Shown piece after piece: positions 32,291-64,000 of a stretch of DNA of 64,000 nucleotides. The stretch's first letter is position 1. Each line of letters starts with the position of its first letter. The position numbers and the translations under genes were made by a program. This stretch comes from Podarcis filfolensis (lineage: Eukaryota), in assembly GCA_964270895.1 (NCBI GenBank), contig OZ185444.1. One strand, written 5' to 3'. The notes under the pieces are model-generated. The model did no database searches and was not told the origin of the DNA. It was given only the letters and a program-made list of their open reading frames with translations.

Positions 32291-33071
32291 CAGGATTAAC
32301 GGGGCCATAAGCGATTTTATTGTCCCAGGGTGTAAAATGAAATCAATTTTAGACTTATATCTGCATATTTGTCTTGAAGTATGTGTGCGTTGCACTGCCA
32401 TGCCACATTAGCTGCAGATTTTTTGGATATGGTTTCTTAACCTGTTTATCATGTGGAGGCACACCCTGAATTGAGCTATTTCCACTCTCCATAGGCAGGA
32501 TTATGCAAATACATTTCAGGTTCCACTCCTGCTTGCTCTCCCACTGTAAGTCTTCTACAGTGACCCTGTATGTTTATTTGATCTTCAGCTTCAGACGGGA
32601 CAGCTTGCTACTTCCCTCCCTTACTTTCCCAAAGGGAGGTGGAGGGAATCTGCTTTCAACCTGTACAATTACTGCGATTTTACCCTCACAACAGCACTTC
32701 TGATTTAAGAAAGCTTCCTTGTACAGGGACAACTTGGAGGGGGGGGAAACCTGGGCAGTCTCAGCTGCAAAAAGGGGACCTCAGCTCCCAAGTTGTTCTG
32801 GGAGTGTTGCCTTTTACTTGACAGCTAATGAGCTCCCTCTCCCTAAGTCAGGGAGAGGGACCCTGTGGCCTTACAGGTGGTGGACTATAATGCCTATCAC
32901 CCATTGCCAAAGCACAGCTGAGGAGGGTAGACATTTTGGAGCTATGCAAAGCCAACAAACAGGCAGTGCATCTGAAACTCATTTGCACAGCTTTGCTTAC
33001 AGTAACCCACACTCAGATTCACTCCATTCTCCCAAAGAGAATGGACATTGATGGTTAGTTCTTTCACCCCG

Positions 33072-33560
33072 TTTTTAAATTTTATTTATACTTTTCAGAT
33101 ATATGCATTTCACTGATTTTACAATCATTTTGACATTTTAAAACTTGACTTCCTTCCCCTTCTCTGCAATTCATTAAATTTATTTTTAATATCTTCTGCA
33201 TATCCAAACTTATTTATTTATCTTCTTTTAATATATACTCTTGCGTAGCTGCAGGTTATTACAGTAATCCTGCCCGTGTTTTTATCTGTTAACTATTTAT
33301 CTGTAAATATTCAATAAACCATTTCCATTCTTTTATAAAAAGTTTGTTATCTTGATTTCTTATTCTTCCAGTAAGTTTCGCCATTTTTGCATATTCCATA
33401 AGTTTTTGTATCTATTCTTCCTTTGCTGGGACTACTTCTTTCCATTTTGGGGCAAGTAACATTCTTGCCTGGTGGTAAATTCTAACATTTCCTTCCTTTG
33501 TGCACTCTTGTTTATTGTAACTCTTTTTTCTATGTCCCCTCCTCCTACCCCACTGAACAC
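33072..33560 (-). mobile_element. L1-clade LINE 3' end
   Basis: Minus strand translates ARMLLAPKWK..KLMEYAKMAKLTGRIRNQDNKLFIKEWKWFIEYL (L1 ORF2 C-terminus style), then an A-rich tail. Confidence 0.72.
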
Positions 33561-34379
33561 CTTCACTGGGTCAGGGTGGAATTCCTTATAGTTAGCATTC
33601 TGTTCCTGACTGTAGCTTGGCGCTTTTGGGAAGCCCTTGAAGTTGGGAGCAGAACGGCAGCACCTAATATTCATAGCGTGTAAATATTTTTCTTCCTATT
33701 TAACTTTTATTATGCCTCTTATGCTCATTCTTTAGTTTTTCTATAATGTAAAGCCCCAAACTTCACATTTCCTTGCATATGAGGCGCTACTGAATACAGC
33801 AAAAAGAGATAAGGGATAGGTCCTTATCTTTACACATACCCCACGTTTTGTGATGGGGATGACCAGTATGCATGTGAAAGAATGTTTGTAATGATCAGGT
33901 TACCTGAAAGAATGTCTTCTCCCATATAGATTTGCACAACAGAGGTCTTTCTGGTTGTGCCACAGCCTTGGATTTAGCATTAACTAGGAAGAGGACCTTT
34001 TTTGCAGTGGCACCCACTCCATGGAATGGCCTCCCCATTGGAAAAGGCATGATTCAAATGGTGTAATTCTGGTGCATGCTGAAAACTTTTGTTTCATCAT
34101 GTTTTTTGCAGGCTTCTGATGCCATTATGCAAAAAGGGTGTTAAATGCAGTATTCACTATAGAACACAATTCTATAGTGCATTCAAAACTGCATTAAAAA
34201 AAAGGTAAAGTCTTGACTTGTTTGCTTCCTTGTTTATCTGCAAGTGCAGGGTGCACTATTTCATGGAGCAAGGGGAAGTTGTGAAGTGACACACCCCACA
34301 CCTGCAAATAAACAAGGAATCAAACAAGCCAAGACCACATTAAAAATTGTAAAGAGTTAGACATAAAAAACTTCCCTAT

Positions 34380-34566
34380 ACAGGGCTGCCTTCAGATGTC
34401 TTCTAAAAGTTGGATAGTAGTTTGTTTCCTTGACATTTGATGGGAGGGCGTTCCACAGGGTGGGTGCCACTACCTAGAAGGCCCTCTGCCTGGTTCTCTG
34501 TAACCTCACTTCTCGCACTGAGGGAACCCCCATAAGGCCCTCGGAGCTGGACCTCAGTGTCTGGGC
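34380..34566 (-). mobile_element. L2 3' fragment
   Basis: GGGAGGGCGTTCCACAGG..GAAGGCCCTC motif shared with the 11667-13326 L2. Confidence 0.65.
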
Positions 34567-34789
34567 GCATTTATAAATTTTAAATTTATTTTTGTACATT
34601 GTTTTAATTGTTTGTTTTCCTTCTGGGACCATTCCCCCAAGTGTGTTTTATAAGCTGGTCTCCGACCGTAATAAATTATCTATCTCTAATAATTTTATTT
34701 TTTTAAAGCTAGTGTGCATTTGCCTTTTTTTAGTAGTTGCTGTGTTGAAGATCAAACACTATACGCAATATTCTTATCCTCTGCTACAC

Positions 34790-34870
34790 TTTCATTGTTG
34801 AGATTCCTGCATTGCAAGGGATTGGAATACTAGATGTCCCTTGAGATTCCAACTCTACAATTCTATGATT
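34790..34870 (+). mobile_element. CR1 3' end
   Basis: CCTGCATTGCAAGGGG..TAGATG..TTCCAACTCTACAATTCTATGATT tail. Confidence 0.6.
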
Positions 34871-35511
34871 AACTGGCTCACACATACAGCACTATGTGAA
34901 CTCCTGGATCTGAAATGGACTATGTTATGCTTACACTGTCACCAAAGCTGCTGGAGACTGCTTCACATATAGTTAAGAAATCCTTACCTGCCACTCAAAG
35001 TGTATATGCCCTTTATTCATACATACAACAAGGAGAGTGCTTCTCTTGCCAGCATAAATTTTATCTAATTGTGTGTCAATATTGTAGTGATGAGTACAAG
35101 ATTTCTAGGTGGACTTCTTTTGGACCAATGTTCTAGTACTCGGCATACACACAATATCTTTTGAAGTACATTTTTATCACAAAGAATCCTGTAACTATGT
35201 GAGGGGGAAATTACAGTTCCCAGGATTTTTTTTGGCGGGGGATGACAACAATGGGTGTGGCTGTGTACACACCACCTTAAATGTTTGGCGGGTCAGACTA
35301 AACAAGCAGTAGCATCACGTTCCCCCCCCCCACAGTCTGTAGCAAAAAAGAAATATTCTGGGTAAAAAGCAGGCTTGTGCGACCTTGGAAACCAACAAAT
35401 TAAGGTGCTACTTATAACTTTTTTTTACTATGAACCTAATGCACCTATATTACTTTGTAAGATAACATGGACTGATTACCTCCCCCACCCTCAGTATTTG
35501 TAAGCTTCCCT

Positions 35512-35578
35512 TTATTATTATTATTATTATTAATTGAATTTATATACCGCCCTATACCCGGAGATCTCAGGGCGGTTT
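35512..35578 (-). mobile_element. L2-type 3' tail
   Basis: (TTA)n then TTTATATACCGCCC..CTCAGGGCGG, as at 11700-11750. Confidence 0.6.
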
Positions 35579-36503
35579 TCCCCTCAAAGTTGCTCGCAAC
35601 TGAAGATCATAGAATGGGATATGACATATTAGAAGCTGCAAGTTGCAGCTTTTATTTTTGGGAGGGTGGCTGGGCGGGCATTGCCCAAACCCCAGCGGGG
35701 CGGCAGAAAGGCGAAAGGCTGGGAGGAATCCCTAAGCACTCACGTAAGAGCCTTCGCCTTTTTGAGCATCCACTTTGCGCATGTGGTCTCTTGTCACACC
35801 CCTTTAAAACCCACGTCAAGTTCAACCTGTGAGGACCAGCTTGCTCCCTCTAGCTAGTACCCAAAAATAAGGAAGGGCCTCTGCCTATTTCAGCCTGGGA
35901 CTGAGGGAATCGCTGCCCAAAGCAGCTGGAGGGCTGCGCGCCACTCCCCTGTCCAGCAGGTGAGACACTTTCGGAGAGCCGAAGCGCCACAACCTGCCGG
36001 GCCAATGGATCCTCCAGCGAAGTCCCGGCAACAGGTCCTCGTAGCACCGGCCTCCCTGCTTTCCCATATCAGCTGGAAGCCAACAAGGGAAAGGAAGGAG
36101 AGAAGCCCCCGTTTGCTCCAACTACAGCGGATGCTCTCCGTAACAAACCATGGCCGCCCCCATCTTTAAAAAGTCCACAGCCGGGGGAGGGCGGGAGCGG
36201 CTGCTCTAGACCGCCCCCTCTCTCTTTCTCGGCTCGGCAATGTGTGTTTCGCTTCCGTACAACAACATGGCGCCTGCCATTCGGGCACCGCGAGAGAGTC
36301 GGGGAGGCGGAGAGACGAGAAGGAAAGCGCCCGGGGCGCAAAGCATCTTCTCCTTCGCGACAGCCGCGCTGTCGTAAACCGGTGAATGGCTCCCGTGTGG
36401 CGAAGGGGGAGAGGCGAGCTGGGGATTGTGTGCGGCGGCGGCGGCCCTTCTCTCTGAGGCGCCTGTGCTTCTCCCCCCACCCGCCCGCCGCCATCGGAGA
36501 GAC

Positions 36504-61770
<25,267 letters not shown>

Positions 61771-62223
61771 TAGGTGTCCGGTGGTTTTTCTTTTTTCTTT
61801 TTTAAAAGCTTAGGGCTTCTTGGAAAGTGACTTTTTATTTTGGTTTGCGTAGAGGGTCCAGGAAAGTATCAAAACCTGTGTGGAGGGAGGATTTTCCTTG
61901 ACCTTCCCCACCAACTGCAGCTCCAAATTGTACATTGATATATTTTTCACAACAAAGAAAATCTATTTGGCTTATTTTTTTTAAATATCATATCCTCCAA
62001 TCGTTTTGTTTTATACACACACACACTTTATCTCCGTTATGTTAAGAAGACTCCACGTCAGCCATAGAAATCCTCAGAAATTACTAACTGGCAAGAAGAA
62101 ATAATACTAGCCATGCTATGTTTGCTTGGTATAGATGATATAGATATAGATATCTAAGATTGGTTCCCAAAGCAGCTTACAATGAAAATCCATACCAAAT
62201 TGCAATTATAATTAGGGATATGT

Positions 62224-62411
62224 TACAGGTAGGTAGCCGTGTTGGTCTGCCGTAGTCGAAACAAAATAAAATTCCTTCCAGTAGCACCTTAGAGACCAAC
62301 TAAGTTTGTCACTTCTTCTGAAGAAGTGTGCATGCACATGAAAGCTCATACCAATGACAAACTTAGTTGGTCTCTAAGGTGCTACTGGAAGGAATTTTTT
62401 TATTTTGTTTC
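62224..62411. mobile_element. Penelope-like terminal-repeat remnant with foldback, copy 2
   Basis: Same head as the 2247 copy; arms 62258-62311 and 62355-62411. Confidence 0.72.
62318..62351 (+). ncRNA. Minimal type I hammerhead-ribozyme core (probably decayed)
   Basis: CTGAAGA-A-GTGTG CATG CACAT-GAAA-GC-TC-ATAC on the IPO8 sense strand. Confidence 0.55.
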
Positions 62412-63364
62412 AATTAGGGATATGTCACTGTGCAGAAGAGGGAAGATGCTTTTAGCCTCTGGCTGTTGGTGGTATCATCTTGATTCCAGGCTGTTCTTTC
62501 CAGGGGACATACAGGCAGGCTTGGTTGCTGGCTGATAGTAAAGGTGATCACACACCCCCTGCAACGTCTTCTAATAGTGCCTGAATGGGTGGGGTGGGGG
62601 TATTTCAGACAAACCTCCTAAATGAGAAAGGCAAAATTATATTGTGGAAATGATCAGAGGGGGCAATTGCAGTGGAAGTTTTACTGTTCTTTAAAATTGG
62701 CAGCTTTTTAAAGAAAAAGAGAGAGATGTCCCATCCCCATAGTTGAAAGCCGATTCCTTCTAAAACCATTTTGGATACCCCCCCCCCACAACAAACAGCT
62801 TCCATACCCCAATTCCCCACTTGCGAATGAGGTGGCAAATTATAAGTCCCCTTCCCTCATCCCAAAATCATTTTTGGGGTTGAATCTCACCCCTGAAGTG
62901 AAAGTGAAACAGCAGCCTCCAATTCACCATTTGCAAATGGCTTTTTGACCCCCCCCCAAAAAAAATCATAGGCTTTAAGAAGCTCATGTTTTCCCTCTCA
63001 GTGCATGTAGCATGTGCCTCCCAATTCTGTCTTAATGGGTGTATAGAAGTCATTTGCTGTATATAGAGTCCGGAGTTTTAAAATGTTGTGCTCCCCACAT
63101 GCAGCATCTGTGTGAGTAAGGGATTTTTCACAACCTGTGCGTGGCAACATTTATACTGAGCTGTAGATTTCTTAACAATAAGGAATTTCAGATCATACTT
63201 GAATCTGTTGTGTTGCTGAATTTTGTTGTGTTTGGAAGTCATTTTCTGTGGACAATTAGGATGAACAGTAACAGACAGTTGTCCTTTAAGGCTGAGGAGG
63301 AAACATTTAACAAGAACCGGAAGCCATTTACTGTGGCTGTCTTGACATCTTGTAATATTCGTTC

Positions 63365-64000
63365 TTTTTTTTTTTAAAATAATATTTATTGAAGTTTCCA
63401 AAATACAGAAAGAGAAGAAAAGAAATTATGAAGATACATTCAGAACCTTATTTTCAAACATCCACTTTCTGGGACTCCCCCCTTCCCCCACCCCTACCGT
63501 ATTCCCCTTTCATATTGTTGTTTCCACAAGTTCTATTTCTGATTTAAAGCACAATTTATATACCCCATTGTTCAAATTTAAATTTATACAAACCTTATGC
63601 AACACCCTTGATAAAAAAAAAAGCAAAAGATCTCTCCCCATAGCCCACCCCCTTTTCTTTCCACAATGTCCCCCTTTTTTCCCATTAAAGTAAAAGCACA
63701 CAGAATAAAAGTATAAAAAAATAAAAAATATATTAGAAAAAAGAAAACCAATTCAGAAAATAGTTGCAAGCCTTTGGATTCTAATTCTCCCTCCCCTTCC
63801 CCGGTTTAATTTCCCTTATCCTCCAATCTATGTTTCCAGCCTGGAAATCTTAAGTCCATCAATCCCATTTTTCCCCCAACTCCTTGCAGAATTATTTCCC
63901 ATTTCTAGGATTACTTTCTTTAAAAATTAATTCCTAAATCTTTAAAAATGTCAAATTATAAAATTCCCCCCATTGTTCTTTCAAGGTTATAGTCCAGCTT
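63365..64000 (-). mobile_element. L1-like LINE 3' end, truncated by window edge
   Basis: Poly-T start (minus-strand poly-A) followed by A/G-rich LINE-like minus-strand sequence. Confidence 0.5.

Overview
Eukaryotic vertebrate genomic DNA from a squamate reptile, probably a lacertid lizard (Sauria SINE, tRNA-derived squamate SINEs, BovB/RTE, L2, CR1, L1, hAT and Tc1/mariner-type MITEs). Two protein-coding genes lie in tandem on the + strand, the arrangement I recall from mammals. CAPRIN2 is complete (CDS 1423-29008, 20 traced coding exons, ending in a C1q domain). IPO8 (importin-8) has exons 1-21 at 36504-61769 and runs off the window. Each gene has a CpG-rich promoter. Almost all ORFs in the supplied track are exon read-throughs, TE remnants or noise. 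There are no prokaryotic systems, CRISPR arrays, rRNA or true tRNA genes. The most interesting signals are: (1) a candidate alternative last exon of CAPRIN2 with its own AATAAA that would replace the C1q domain with a 57-aa Arg-rich tail; (2) two in-frame CAPRIN2 exons with no counterpart in the human protein as I recall it; (3) two Penelope-like terminal-repeat foldbacks carrying minimal hammerhead-ribozyme cores; (4) a cryptic K-x-W repeat array in the largest CAPRIN2 exon; (5) a splice-phase conflict at one CAPRIN2 junction; (6) intronic inverted repeats in IPO8. Gene and repeat-family names come from recalled sequences, not database searches. TE boundaries without a TSD are approximate.
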